DNA of 64,000 bases from positions 188,420,509-188,484,508 of the forward strand of contig NC_068982.1 in the NCBI RefSeq assembly GCF_001194135.2. The letters are read 5' to 3'. Source of the DNA: Octopus bimaculoides (Eukaryota). The stretch's first letter is position 1; the number at the start of each line of letters is the position of its first letter. The notes beneath the pieces are model-generated. The model saw only the letters and a program-made list of their open reading frames with translations. It had not been told where the DNA came from and did not search any database. Positions 1-11,090 of this stretch are shown one piece after another. The position numbers and the translations under genes were made by a program.

Positions 1-342
1 ATTTGAGGCGGTGCAATTGCTATACATACAAACATCCTCGATGCATACCCCGTCTCCTCCTAAAAACACTCGAGTCTCCCACAAACACATTAATCCACAG
101 ACAGTTTCTTCACTCAGTATTTTTTTAATTCTACGACAGTGGCTTCATCTCCTCCAACTTAGGTGCATCTATCTCACCTGTCTGGAAGGGCCTTGCAATA
201 GCCACGGGCACAGTTCCCTTCCTTTCAGTTCAAACCATTGAAAAAGAAAATTAAATAAAATAAACAAACTTTAGAAAAGTATAATATGACTTGCTCAATG
301 TTAAATCATATATATTTTTCCTTATTTTTCATAAGTACACAC

Positions 343-807
343 CTGTTCTGAGCCAGTTAGGAAAGAATCTATGGAAAAGCTGTGATCATAATATCCTTGA
401 ATTAATTTAGAAAACCACCAGTTTCGGAAGGATTTTATCGGACTCGGCCAGATTATTTCAGGAAAATCCATTAATTTCAAACAGGGTTTATCCGATTTGT
501 CATCGTGATATGATCTGTGTAAAAAAGTTCCAAGTCGAGCAGCAGTAGCATATCGCTGCTTGGAGAGAATTAAAGAATGTGTTGAATGAAATGACTTGTG
601 TGAAGAGTGTCCCTGTAGAGGTCGATGCAAAGCTATCGGGTTTCTTTTAACATTGGCATGCGAAAAGTTTAGAAACCGAATCAGCTTAACCTTGTTGGCA
701 TGAAGATATTTCCTAGAAAGTAAGGACATTGAAAGAATAACGTTAGAAGCGGCGGAAAGACAGTGTCTGTGATAATTAAGGACATATCTCAGCCCTGAAG
801 CTGCCAT
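343..807 (-). CDS. MAIP1: m-AAA protease-interacting protein 1 (C2orf47) homolog, coding exon 1 (155 aa); remaining exons lie left of the window
   Basis: The ATG at 807 opens a basic, Ser/Arg/His-rich, acid-poor N-terminus typical of a mitochondrial presequence. It is followed by SPIKSFRNWWFSKLIQGYYDHSFSIDSFLTGSEQ, which aligns by eye with recalled human MAIP1 NPINWVRTRIKAFLIWAYFDKEFSITEFSEGAKQ. Phase-0 donor CAG|GTGTGT at 343/342. Confidence 0.8.
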
Positions 808-1079
808 GCTTAGGTTTGATGGTGGAACAAGGTCTTACACCGCTTAACGGTTGACTTTTATACAGATACGGTTGTTTAGTTCTCATTCTTTATTCAACAG
901 AAAATTAAAAGACACCTTTAATTGATATTTATCATCTGAAATAATTTTTGAAATATAAATTACAATTTATAATATTTATTTGCACAATGTGTAAAGATGA
1001 ATGAAACCTCTGTTTCTGGTATAAAATATGAAGAGGGACTATTTAGGCACGACACCCATAGAAATACATTTCTTGTTGG
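808..1079. promoter_or_regulatory. Putative bidirectional promoter and 5'UTRs shared by MAIP1 and TYW5
   Basis: 272 bp of repeat-free sequence between two divergent start codons (807 minus, 1080 plus). Transcription start sites cannot be seen directly. Confidence 0.6.
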
Positions 1080-1193
1080 ATGATGGAATTAATTTCTGGT
1101 TGTGAAAATTGTGATCGGAGGTCAAAGGTCAAACAACTGCAATATATTTCTGGAATTTCTTGCGAAGAATTTAAAAATGTGATATACCCGAAG
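1080..1193 (+). CDS. TYW5: tRNA wybutosine-synthesizing protein 5, coding exon 1 (MMELISGCENCDRRSKVKQLQYISGISCEEFKNVIYPK)
   Basis: ISGISCEEFKNVIYPK matches recalled human LEGVSREQFMQHLYPQ. Phase-0 donor AAG|GTACCA is compatible with the next exon. In-frame stop upstream at 1002. Confidence 0.75.
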
Positions 1194-1778
1194 GTACCAA
1201 TATACTAAATCTTTATTTTCCTGCTTAACTTCAGTTTCGTAATGTGTGTTCTAAACACATTCCATGGAATAATAAATTTCTCCTCATCGCATTTCCAAAT
1301 TGCATTTTCTCCGTTTTGACCGGGTTTTTTCAAATTATTTTACACCAAACACTTCAAAAGAATGTTGGACAGCCCTTTATGAAAAAAACCAAAATATCGA
1401 CACAAGTGTGCCCCCCCCCCCTACGCTCTAATTTGTCTTCACATAACTTCCAGAGAAATGGGTATTTTTAATTAATTTCTTTTTTTTTATAAATACAGAT
1501 TCCAATTATATCGGAATTTGTTGTGGAATTTTGTTTTTTTCCGAGGATGGAGAGAATAGTTACAGAAAATTCACACCAGTTGCCTATGTTTCCTCGTACC
1601 TTCCAAAAAAATTGGGTATTTTTAAATGAAATTTTGGCACTATCATGCTATTAGCTGTCAGAAGTGAAAGTGCTCACTGCTAGTGAAGTATCTGTCTGTC
1701 TGTCTGCCTGCCTGTTGCTGGCCTGTCGATTCTTTGGCTACTGACAGCTAATACCATGACTGGCCGGAGCGAGCTATA

Positions 1779-1809
<31 letters not shown>

Positions 1810-3199
1810 ATCTNNNNNNNNNNNNNNNNNNNNNNNNNNNNNNNNNNNNNNNNNNNNNNNNNNNNNNNNNNNNNNNNNNNNNNNNNNNNNNNNNNNNNNN
1901 NNNNNNNNNNNNNNNNNNNNNNNNNNNNNNNNNNNNNNNNNNNNNNNNNNNNNNNNNNNNNNNNNNNNNNNNNNNNNNNNNNNNNNNNNNNNNNNNNNNN
2001 NNNNNNNNNNNNNNNNNNNNNNNNNNNNNNNNNNNNNNNNNNNNNNNNNNNNNNNNNNNNNNNNNNNNNNNNNNNNNNNNNNNNNNNNNNNNNNNNNNNN
2101 NNNNNNNNNNNNNNNNNNNNNNNNNNNNNNNNNNNNNNNNNNNNNNNNNNNNNNNNNNNNNNNNNNNNNNNNNNNNNNNNNNNNNNNNNNNNNNNNNNNN
2201 NNNNNNNNNNNNNNNNNNNNNNNNNNNNNNNNNNNNNNNNNNNNNNNNNNNCCTGTCGATTCTTTGGCTACTGACAGCTAATAGTTATGAAGAAACAAAG
2301 TTGTGGGGAGGGACACACTTTTGTAGGTAACCCCAGAATTATTTTTAAAGTCTATCATTTTTCGTTCCCTCCTACTCCTACCCGGGGCACCCGAAAGATT
2401 TTCCAGTCGTTTTTACACCGTTGTACTTTAAAACAATGGGCGGTGGGGAAGCTTTTTTTAAAACTAAAATTTGAAATCCATGACCTTATGATTTTGGAAT
2501 GTAACTCCTGCTCTGGCGTACGACGGTGATCATCTTTACAATTTTCCCCTCTTTTTTTTTAACACAAAATGAAACTTAAAAATCCATCGTAAGAACCCTG
2601 TGGATGAAGATGGGAATCATAGACTTTTAAAATGTTTTATATATATATAAAGGCCCCATCATCTTGAAGTGCGTGGTGGAAATAAAATATTGATAAACCC
2701 CCATGAAAACGGAGAAAATCGAACATGTGGGTGAGCTATTCCAAAACTCCGCCGAAGGGTTAAATTATTTAAATATGACAAAATAAATGAGATGTGGTGT
2801 CGTTCATTCCTTTCCGTTCAAGGTATTAAATAAATAAACGAAAGGGACCCTAATTCAAAATAAACCACAAAATTTTTTGCCTGCATTTAATTTGAAACCG
2901 GTTAAATTTATATTGGAGAGGACAATGTTTGAGTAATTCAGTAATTAGATTTCTTGAAAAAATATCTTCTGCAATTATCTTCAGGAGCCCTGAAATATGG
3001 TTTATGGTGAAAAGACTAAAGTTTTACGGTAGGGGCTGATAATTGACTTAGAGAGAGAGAAAAAAAAAAACATTCACATGAGCAAGGGAAATAACTCCGA
3101 ACTAATTATAGCAGTCGCTAGAAACAGCAGTCAGATTTCTTTAATATTTCACCCTACCGTCTTTAATAATCCTTTCTGAAATTTAGTGGGAGAGGGCCA

Positions 3200-3335
3200 G
3201 TTGATTAGATCGACCCCAGTATGCAACTGGTACTTAATTTATTGACCCCGAAAGGATGAAAGGCAAATTCGACCTCGGCGGAATTTGAACTCGGAACGTA
3301 GACAGACGAAATACCGCTAAGCATTTCGCCCAAAC
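3200..3335 (-). mobile_element. SINE family F fragment (tRNA-like head plus GTCGACTTTGCCTTTCATCCTTTCGGGGTCGATAAATTAAGTACCAGT central domain)
   Basis: The same module recurs at about 5105-5250(+), 10140-10340(+), 13570-13760(-), 13785-13995(-), 34735-34900(-), 45850-46040(-), 46110-46260(-) and 46365-46570(+). B-box-like GAGTTCAAATTCC. Confidence 0.75.
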
Positions 3336-5254
3336 GTCTCAAATAATGGAGAGTATGGTTGTTGGTGTATTAAATTGTAGCATGGTCACGTGTAGGATGT
3401 CTTTGATGATAGGTTTGTTCAATCGGAACAGATAATTGGTACTTAACAACTCGAAGAGAATTTCGAGAAATAACGACCAAATCTCGCTCAAATTGCATCG
3501 TACCAAATTAATAAAGAAGGAGCATCATCATCATCATCATCATCATCATTTGAAGTCGTTTTCCATGCTGGCATGGATCTGATGGTTTGAGAGGAGCTGG
3601 TCTGCCAGAGAGTTGTACTAGGCTCAATTTGTCTTTTTTTGGCATGGTTTCTACAGCCAGATGACCTTCTTAATGCCAGTCACTTTATAGAGTGGACAGG
3701 GTGCCTATTATGTGGCACACGCACCAATGGGGTCACCAAGTAGCTTACAAGAGAAAGACCTCTTAGCTGAAAGATGGCGTGGAAGTGAGGGAAGTAGTTG
3801 GGATTAGAGTATGATAGAAGGACGGGGAGAGTTGTCGATACTATAGAGATTATGCTTGGCTACTTAAGTAGGAGAGGAAGAGGAGAGAGAATTAGAGAGA
3901 CAGTGAGAGAGAGAGAGAAATAGATGGTTGGAGATGTATTAGGGCCTATCTACAGGGAACTGGGTTGTTGGGTGGGGGAGTATAAGTAAGATAGAGAGGG
4001 ATGCTCCATTAGAGTTTGTGGGGACATGTCTAGAAGAGATGGGGAAGACGTAGCTGAAGTGAGTGAGGGTGAGAGAAATTGGAGTGGCTGGGAAGGGGGC
4101 GGTGTGGTTGATATGCTGGAGCTTGGAGAGTATGTGGCTTGGCACGTGAGGGACTTGCCGTGGGATGTGGGAGGATGCTTGGAAGATGGGTTGTAGGGGT
4201 GTTTTGATAGAGGACAGATTATGTGGGAGTGGTGGGGGTGGCATGATTGTAAAGGACAAGTTTGTATGATAACACACAGTCTTTGGTGAGACAGGTGTAA
4301 ACTGTTATTGGCAGACTTCCAGAATAACTACCGTTACCTGACAGAGAAGGAAAGGGGCAAGGAATTGGGTCCTTGTTTGTTTCTGTGAAAGTAGTTGTTG
4401 TCAGGTAACTCAGTACGAGCCATTGACCTATCATGAAATCATTTTAAAAATCACAGAAAAGAGAAATTGAACCTAGTGCAACTCTCTGGTTGACCAGCTC
4501 CTCTCAAACCACCTTGTGATGCTCCTTTGACCAGTTCTGAGAATGGTAAAGTAATAAAGGAAAACCAACAAGAAGAAATCATCATCATCATCATCACCAT
4601 TTCCATGCTGGCATGGGTTGGACAATTTGACAGGAGCTGGCAAGGCTGGAGAGCTGCGCCAGGCTCCAATTGTCTGTTCTGGCATGGTTTTCTACAACTG
4701 GATGTCCTTCCTAATGCCAACCACTTTACAAAGTGGACTCGGTGTATTTCATGTGACACCAAGTTTATTTCCCAGTTGTGATGGGTCAGCCACAAATTGC
4801 TGTTAATTTCTTGTAGATCCTAGTTGTATGTCTCTCCTGAGGTGTAACTGTCCCTGTGGAAAACGTCAAATGATGGTGATGTCGTTCCTTCACTATTAAT
4901 TTGGTAGGATGCAATTTGAGTGAGATTTGGTTGTTATTTCTCGAAGTTCAAGCGACCGTGTAGGAGTTCTCTTGGAGTTGTTGTTAAGTACCAACTTCTA
5001 CCTCACCTCATGATTATGACATGTATTGAAATATAATTAATTTGTTTCAATTAATCTTTTAAATGATGACAAATTTAGTAAAATAACTTTGTCATTATTA
5101 TGCTGGTACATGGCAGTAAACTGACAGAATCATCATCATGCCAGACAAAATACTTAGTGGCATTTCATCTGTCTTTACATTCTGAGTTCAAATTCCACCA
5201 AGGTTGACTTGACCTTTCATCTTTCTCAGGTCAATAAAACAAATACCAGTTGTA

Positions 5255-5460
5255 CATTATTTATATTTGAGAGATATTTGTCTTCATCTTGTTTGTTGTT
5301 AACACAACGTTTCAGCTGATATACCCTCCAGCCTTCATCAGGTGTCTTGGAGAAATTTCGAACCTGGGTTCTCATTCCTAAGGTATTTTTTGATATTATT
5401 ATTATTATTCAGATCACTGCTTGGAATCGAACTCAGAATCTTAGGGTTAGTAGCCCATGG
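5255..5460 (-). mobile_element. SINE family D copy 1 (tRNA-like head, (AAT)n spacer, hammerhead-like motif at 5301-5346)
   Basis: Collinear with the copies at 38455-38590, 38700-39060, 42990-43275 and 63410-63670. Confidence 0.8.
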
Positions 5461-6029
5461 GCACTGAGGGTGATGTAATTGATTTACGCCTTCCCTGAAA
5501 TTGCTGGCCTTGCACCAAAATTTAAAACTATTATTAAGCTAGTGTTTGGATCATAAACGAACACGAAATTTTGATGGTAAATTTTAAATAAAATCACTTT
5601 AAAACAGGAAGTTTGTATCCTAAAACAGTTGAGGTGGTGACAGGGCCAGATTTATGTAAGGCCCATGGCCCCCAACAGGCCCTAGGTGCTGGGAGGGCCC
5701 CTTTAACTCAGAGAGCCCTAAAAGCTTGGAGTTAAAAATTAAAAGAAATTATTTTAGGCTTCCACACAGTTTCTGTTCACCAAATTCATTTAAAGATCTG
5801 ATCATCTCAGGTCTATAGTAGAAGACACTTTATCCAAGTGACTGTGACGTGGGACTGAACCTGAAACCTCATTCATATCCCCAAACTTCTGAACCAGTCA
5901 TGCCTCTGCCTTAAGCCATACCAATGCCATCTAGGAACTGAACTTTCATCAGGAACTTTCCCCTTTGTTCTTTCACAAACGCACTGTTTATATGAAATGT
6001 TCACCCACCATTCTCTTCTTTAACAACAG

Positions 6030-6184
6030 CGAGTTCCAGTTGTGCTTAGAGGATTCGACCTTGGATCCTGTACGAGTAAATGGACCGTAGAGTATTTGAT
6101 ATCACAGGCTGGAGGCCAAAATGTTACCACTCATGTCTCAGAAAACCCACAGATGGATTTTCTAAGTAAAAATTTTCTCTATCG
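6030..6184 (+). CDS. TYW5: TYW5 exon 2 (RVPVVLRGFDLGSCTSKWTVEYLISQAGGQNVTTHVSENPQMDFLSKNFLYR)
   Basis: Pyrimidine tract plus CAG acceptor, GTAAGT donor, 155 bp (phase 0 to 2). Matches recalled human [23 protein letters not shown]...QMDFISKNFVYR. Confidence 0.95.
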
Positions 6185-6378
6185 GTAAGTTTTCACTTTC
6201 ATCATCATCATCATCATCATCATCATTTATTTTTTTAAGTCCACTTTTCCATCATCATCATCATCATCATCGTTTAACGTCCATTTTCCATGCTGGCATG
6301 GGTTGGGCGGTTTGACTGAGGTCTGGAGAGCCAGCAGCTGCACCAGGCTCCAATCTGATCTGTCAATGTTTCTACAGT

Positions 6379-7030
6379 NNNNNNNNNNNNNNNNNNNNNN
6401 NNNNNNNNNNNNNNNNNNNNNNNNNNNNNNNNNNNNNNNNNNNNNNNNNNNNNNNNNNNNNNNNNNNNNNNNNNNNNNNNNNNNNNNNNNNNNNNNNNNN
6501 NNNNNNNNNNNNNNNNNNNNNNNNNNNNNNNNNNNNNNNNNNNNNNNNNNNNNNNNNNNNNNNNNNNNNNNNNNNNNNNNNNNNNNNNNNNNNNNNNNNN
6601 NNNNNNNNNNNNNNNNNNNNNNNNNNNNNNNNNNNNNNNNNNNNNNNNNNNNNNNNNNNNNNNNNNNNNNNNNNNNNNNNNNNNNNNNNNNNNNNNNNNN
6701 NNNNNNNNNNNNNNNNNNNNNNNNNNNNNNNNNNNNNNNNNNNNNNNNNNNNNNNNNNNNNNNNNNNNNNNNNNNNNNNNNNNNNNNNNNNNNNNNNNNN
6801 NNNNNNNNNNNNNNNNNNNNNNNNNNNNNNNNNNNNNNNNNNNNNNNNNNNNNNNNNNNNNNNNNNNNNNNNNNNNNNNNNNNNNNNNNNNNNNNNNNNN
6901 NNNNNNNNNNNNNNNNNNNNNNNNNNNNNNNNNNNNNNNNNNNNNNNNNNNNNNNNNNNNNNNNNNNNNNNNNNNNNNNNNNNNNNNNNNNNNNNNNNNN
7001 NNNNNNNNNNNNNNNNNNNNNNNNNNNNNN
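6379..7030. other. Assembly gap (one of 11)
   Basis: N runs at 1814-2251, 6379-7030, 11462-11969, 16174-16442, 17841-18544, 20081-20390, 30610-30715, 39427-39436, 40093-40138, 40685-41305 and 54107-54565; most abut SINEs or microsatellites. Confidence 0.99.
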
Positions 7031-7144
7031 GAGCCTGGCGCAGCTCTCCAGCCTTGCCAGCTCCTGTCAAATTGTCCAACCCATGCCAGCATGGAAATGG
7101 TGATGATGATGATGATGATTTCTTCTTGTTGGTTTTCCTTGTAG

Positions 7145-7214
7145 GATTTTACCATTCTCAGAACTGGTCAAACGAGCATCACAAGATTCTAATGAAGAAT
7201 TTTTCATTTGTCCG
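7145..7214 (+). CDS. TYW5: TYW5 exon 3 (ILPFSELVKRASQDSNEEFFICP)
   Basis: ttttccttgtAG acceptor, GTCAGT donor, 70 bp (phase 2 to 0). Matches recalled human TLPFDQLVQRAAEEKHKEFFVSE. Confidence 0.92.
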
Positions 7215-7857
7215 GTCAGTTCATTTCTTTGATAATTTTCCTTCAAATTCTTTGTTTTTGCTTTTTTATTGCATTCCTTTTATTTTTTGCTTGTTTCAGT
7301 CATTAGGCTGTGGCCATGCTGGGGCACCACCTACAAGAATGCTAGTCAAACGAATTGACCACACTACCATTTGTTTCAGCCTAGTACTTATTGTATCAAT
7401 ATCTTTTGCTGAAATGCTAAGTTACAGGAATGTAAACAAACCAACATCAGTTCTGAAGTGATGGTGGGAGACAAACAGATGCAGAGACACACATGCACAT
7501 TTATATATACATACACTCACAACGGGCTTCCTTCAGTTTCCTTCTACCAAATCTACTCGCAAGGCTTTGGTCATCCCAAGGCTATTGCAGAACACACTTG
7601 CCCAAGGTGCCACAAAGTGGGACTGAACCCAGAACCATATGGTTGGAAAGCAAGCTGCTTACCCAACAGCCATGCCTCCACCTTTGTAAAGATTTTTTTT
7701 CTTAAATGGACTGAAACATTAAACATAACTTTTTTCAAAAAAAAGAAGAGATACATTTAAATACTTTTACTTGTGTCAGTCATTAGACAACAGCCATGCT
7801 GGAGCACCACCTTGAAAGGTTTATGTTTATTTATTTATCTAATTATTTATTCTTTAG

Positions 7858-8040
7858 GAGGAGAAATACTATCTGCGTTCCTTGGGAGGTGACCCACGAA
7901 ATACAGTTGCAAACATCGAAGAACAGTTTCCACAAATAGCAAATGATTTGAACATTCCAGATCTTTTTCCTGCCAAATCCTTCTTCTCCAGTGTCTTTCG
8001 TATTGCTTCAAAATCAACCCAACTCTGGACCCACTATGAT
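7858..8040 (+). CDS. TYW5: TYW5 exon 4 ([14 protein letters not shown]...[20 protein letters not shown]), containing the JmjC Fe(II)-binding H-x-D
   Basis: tctttAG acceptor, GTAAGT donor, 183 bp in frame. [17 protein letters not shown] and QLWTHYD are TYW5 signature motifs. Confidence 0.96.
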
Positions 8041-8917
8041 GTAAGTAAGACCAGACCCTAACAACTCTGTAAGTAAGAGGTAACCATTCATTAGAATTCT
8101 TTTTTACCATCTAGGTGTCACAGAGGCAAAGTTTCCTTTCGAGTGTTGGGCCTCACAGAGGCAAAGTGGCTGAGTTCCTTTCAGATATTTTTGCCTCAGG
8201 ATTTTGGGCCATAGGAAAGTTTGCTGTATTGGAAATTTTTCTGCAAGACAATTTCACCAAAAAATATGAATTCCTCCCTTGGTATATAATTGTTTCAACC
8301 AACATATATTATATTATTATAGCAAAGCTACAGGAGTAGGGGTCAGCAAAATGAAGCAATCTAAAACAGGATTATGTTTTCAAAAAAAAAAAATTAAATT
8401 TCTGCTTAAATAAAAAGTAATGCAAAATAAATATGATAACGTTTACAAAGAACAAAAAGAAAACAAAAAAACAATTAAATCTAAAACAGAATTATAAAAA
8501 GCATATATATATATAAAAACTAATTTTTTTCAGAGCTGTAATTTCTCTAAATCAGGTTGCCTGCCATTATCTTCAAAATTTCCTATACGGCAAAGTTTCC
8601 TACTCTCGGAGTGGTTGGCATGAGGAAGGGTATCCAGGTGTAGAAACTTTGCCAGATCAGATTGGAGCCTGGTGCAGCCGCTGGCTCTCCAGACCTCAGT
8701 CAAACTGTTCAACCCATGCTAGCATGGAAAGCAGACGTTAAACGATAATGATGATGATGGTATATAGAAATACACACACGCACATTCATACATACATGTG
8801 TGCATGGATGTATCTGTTTTTGCTGGTCCCAGCCATTAAACTGGAGAGCCATGATGCAGCACTGCCTTAATATACTTGAATTTATATACCTTTTTTTTTT
8901 TTAATTTTTTTAATTAG

Positions 8918-9005
8918 ATCATGGATAATATACTGATGCAAATCAAAGGCCGTAAACGAGTTGTGCTGTTTAGCCCCCAGGATGCTCACTACCTTTATCT
9001 CCAAG
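8918..9005 (+). CDS. TYW5: TYW5 exon 5 ([29 protein letters not shown])
   Basis: Poly-T tract plus TAG acceptor, GTACGT donor, 88 bp (phase 0 to 1). Matches recalled human [29 protein letters not shown]. Confidence 0.95.
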
Positions 9006-9084
9006 GTACGTAGTTTCTATCAGCGTTTACTTTACTTAAACAATGAATGGAAGTTTTTTCTTTTTGATTTGATTATTTTATCTC

Positions 9085-9590
9085 ATCATCATCATCATCA
9101 TCATCGTTTAATGTCTGCTTTCCATGCTAGCATGAGTTGGACGATTTGACTGAGGACTGGCAAACCAGCAGGCTACACCAGGCTCCAATCCAATCTGGCA
9201 AGGTTTCTACAGCTGGATGCCCTTCCTAACACCAACCACTTCGAGAGTGTAGTGGGTGCTTTTACGTGCCTCCGGCACGAGGGCCAGTCACACAGTACTG
9301 GCAATGGCCATGCTCAAAATGGTGTTTTTTAAGTGCCACCTGCACAGGAGCCAATCCAGTGGCACTGGCAACGACCTCGCTTGAATGTTTTCTAACATGC
9401 CACTGGCACAAGTGCCAGTAAGGCGACGCTGGTAACGATAACACTCAAATGGTGCTATATACGTGCCACTGGCACAGAAACCAGACAGCTGCTCTGGCAA
9501 TGACCACACTCAGATGGTGCTGTTAGCACACCACTGGCACAGGTGCCAGTCATCGAATATGGTTCAATTATGATTTCGATTTCACTTGCA
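9085..9590 (-). mobile_element. SINE-like family C (internal ~55-bp GC-rich tandem units; 3' end ...GCATGGAAAGCGGACGTTAAACGATGATGATG, RTE-like (GAT)n tail)
   Basis: More than 20 copies or fragments in the window, e.g. 3523-3720, 4580-4760, 8590-8760, 12100-12400, 14075-14370, 19762-20080, 30455-30830, 35280-35745, 42256-42740, 46600-46990, 59310-59582, 60525-60880, 62050-62360, 63080-63360. Confidence 0.8.
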
Positions 9591-9649
9591 TTATATGAAT
9601 ATTGAGTTCTCACACCAGGCTATTAGAATCACTGAGCCTAAGCGAAATA

Positions 9650-10110
9650 ATAATAATTATTATTGAGCGAGAGCGCATTGCAAACCATGAAACTGACACT
9701 GGGGTAAAATATGCGAAGCCCATTATACCCATCATGACTACCCGTCTGATAAGGGTACACCAGGCACATGCATCACAACCATATGTGCACAACATGGTGA
9801 TCTCATATCAAGATAAACAGTGCATGACCTTGCAGGTGGGGCCCAGTTAGAATTTTCTTCAGGTCAAATAGCGCATCCCACTCAAAAGGTCCCTAAATAA
9901 GGGTTGTTTAAGGAAGTTGAACGAAACACCCATGTTTCCAAAGGGGAATTATCCAAACCCCAAAGAATTCCTCCCCCACTACTTCTGCTCCTGATCAGAG
10001 ATGCACCTATCGTCAGCCACCAAGGGACATGCTCAACTAGTTAAGGTCAAACAACTGACAAGCAAATCTGTGGTATTGAGCAGAATATTTGCTGTAGCCC
10101 ATGATAACAC
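9650..10110 (-). mobile_element. Family E repeat (probable 5'-truncated retroelement 3' end with (AAT)n tail)
   Basis: A highly similar copy lies in the opposite orientation at about 45337-45830 and ends ctctctcactcaataataat. No tRNA head is visible. Confidence 0.7.
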
Positions 10111-10765
10111 TTCCGGTCAGTTAAGATCAGAAGCCATAAGGTGCCAAGCTGGCAGAACCATTAGCACACTAGGTGAAAAGCTTAGCAGTATTTCATCTGT
10201 TTTTATGTTCCGAGTTCAAATTCCACCAAGGTCGACTTTGGCTTTCATCCTTCCGGGGTCGATAAATTAAGTATCAGTTGCGTACTTGAGTCGATCTAAT
10301 CGACTGGACCCCCTCCCCCAAAATTTCGGGCCTTGTGCTTAGTGTAGAAAAGAAGATCAGAAGCCATGAGAGCCACTGCCTGGTATGGCAATCAAGGCAT
10401 TATTATTATTATTATATATTATTATTATTATTATTATTATATATGTTTCCGAGTGAAAAGCTCCAGTAATTTATTTATTTGATCTTTTGTGTGCCATAAG
10501 AGTCAAAAAGAGAATCCTGCCTGAGAGTGTGGCTTAAAGATATTTAGCTGCTACTTCTAACAGGTCGAACAACCACTTAGAAAATCCCTTGTTGTGTTTT
10601 TTGGGTTTTTTTTTTTTTTTACTTTGGAATAGAAGTTTAATGTAAGGGAAATAACTCTGTATAGCATGTTAGCAACTCGATAATTCCTTCGCTGCAAATA
10701 AAATGAAATATAACAAAAATACAGGAGAGTATTGTAGTTCGCTTGAAGCATTGTGTATCGCTTGT

Positions 10766-11090
10766 AAAGAATAAAATGCTTTGAATGACACAACAATGCA
10801 CTATAATACAAAAAATGGACTATGAATAACTGTTGTAATTTAATCATCCATAGTTTGATACAATAATATTTTGGAATACAAAAATTCCTTCTTCAGATAT
10901 TCCTAGGAATTGATGGAGTCGCTGCTAACCGATTCTAGCAGCGACTCCATCAATTCCTTGGAATATCTGAAGAAAGAATTTTTATATTCCGAAATATATC
11001 AGACTATGAATGATTAAATTTCAACAGTTATTATAGTCCTTCGTTTGTATTATAATGCATTGTTGTGTCATTCAAAACATTTTATTCTTT
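10766..11090. repeat. Long inverted repeat / foldback (MITE-like), arms about 160 bp, 8-nt loop at 10928-10935
   Basis: gatggagtcgctgcta-accgattc-tagcagcgactccatc core; pairing continues out to aaagaataaaatg / cattttattcttt. Confidence 0.9.

Noticed and set aside
1-241. MAIP1 exon 2 or an independent 76-aa ORF
   Set aside because: No frame continues the MAIP1 sequence expected after ...GSEQ; treated as intron.
1722-2283. 32-bp direct repeat flanking a gap (1722-1753 and 2252-2283) as a TSD or duplication
   Set aside because: The second copy starts exactly at the gap edge; most likely a contig-overlap artefact.
5640-5760. hAT-like MITE beginning CAGGGCCAGATTTA
   Set aside because: Only one terminus is recognisable, with no matching TIR or TSD; too weak to call.
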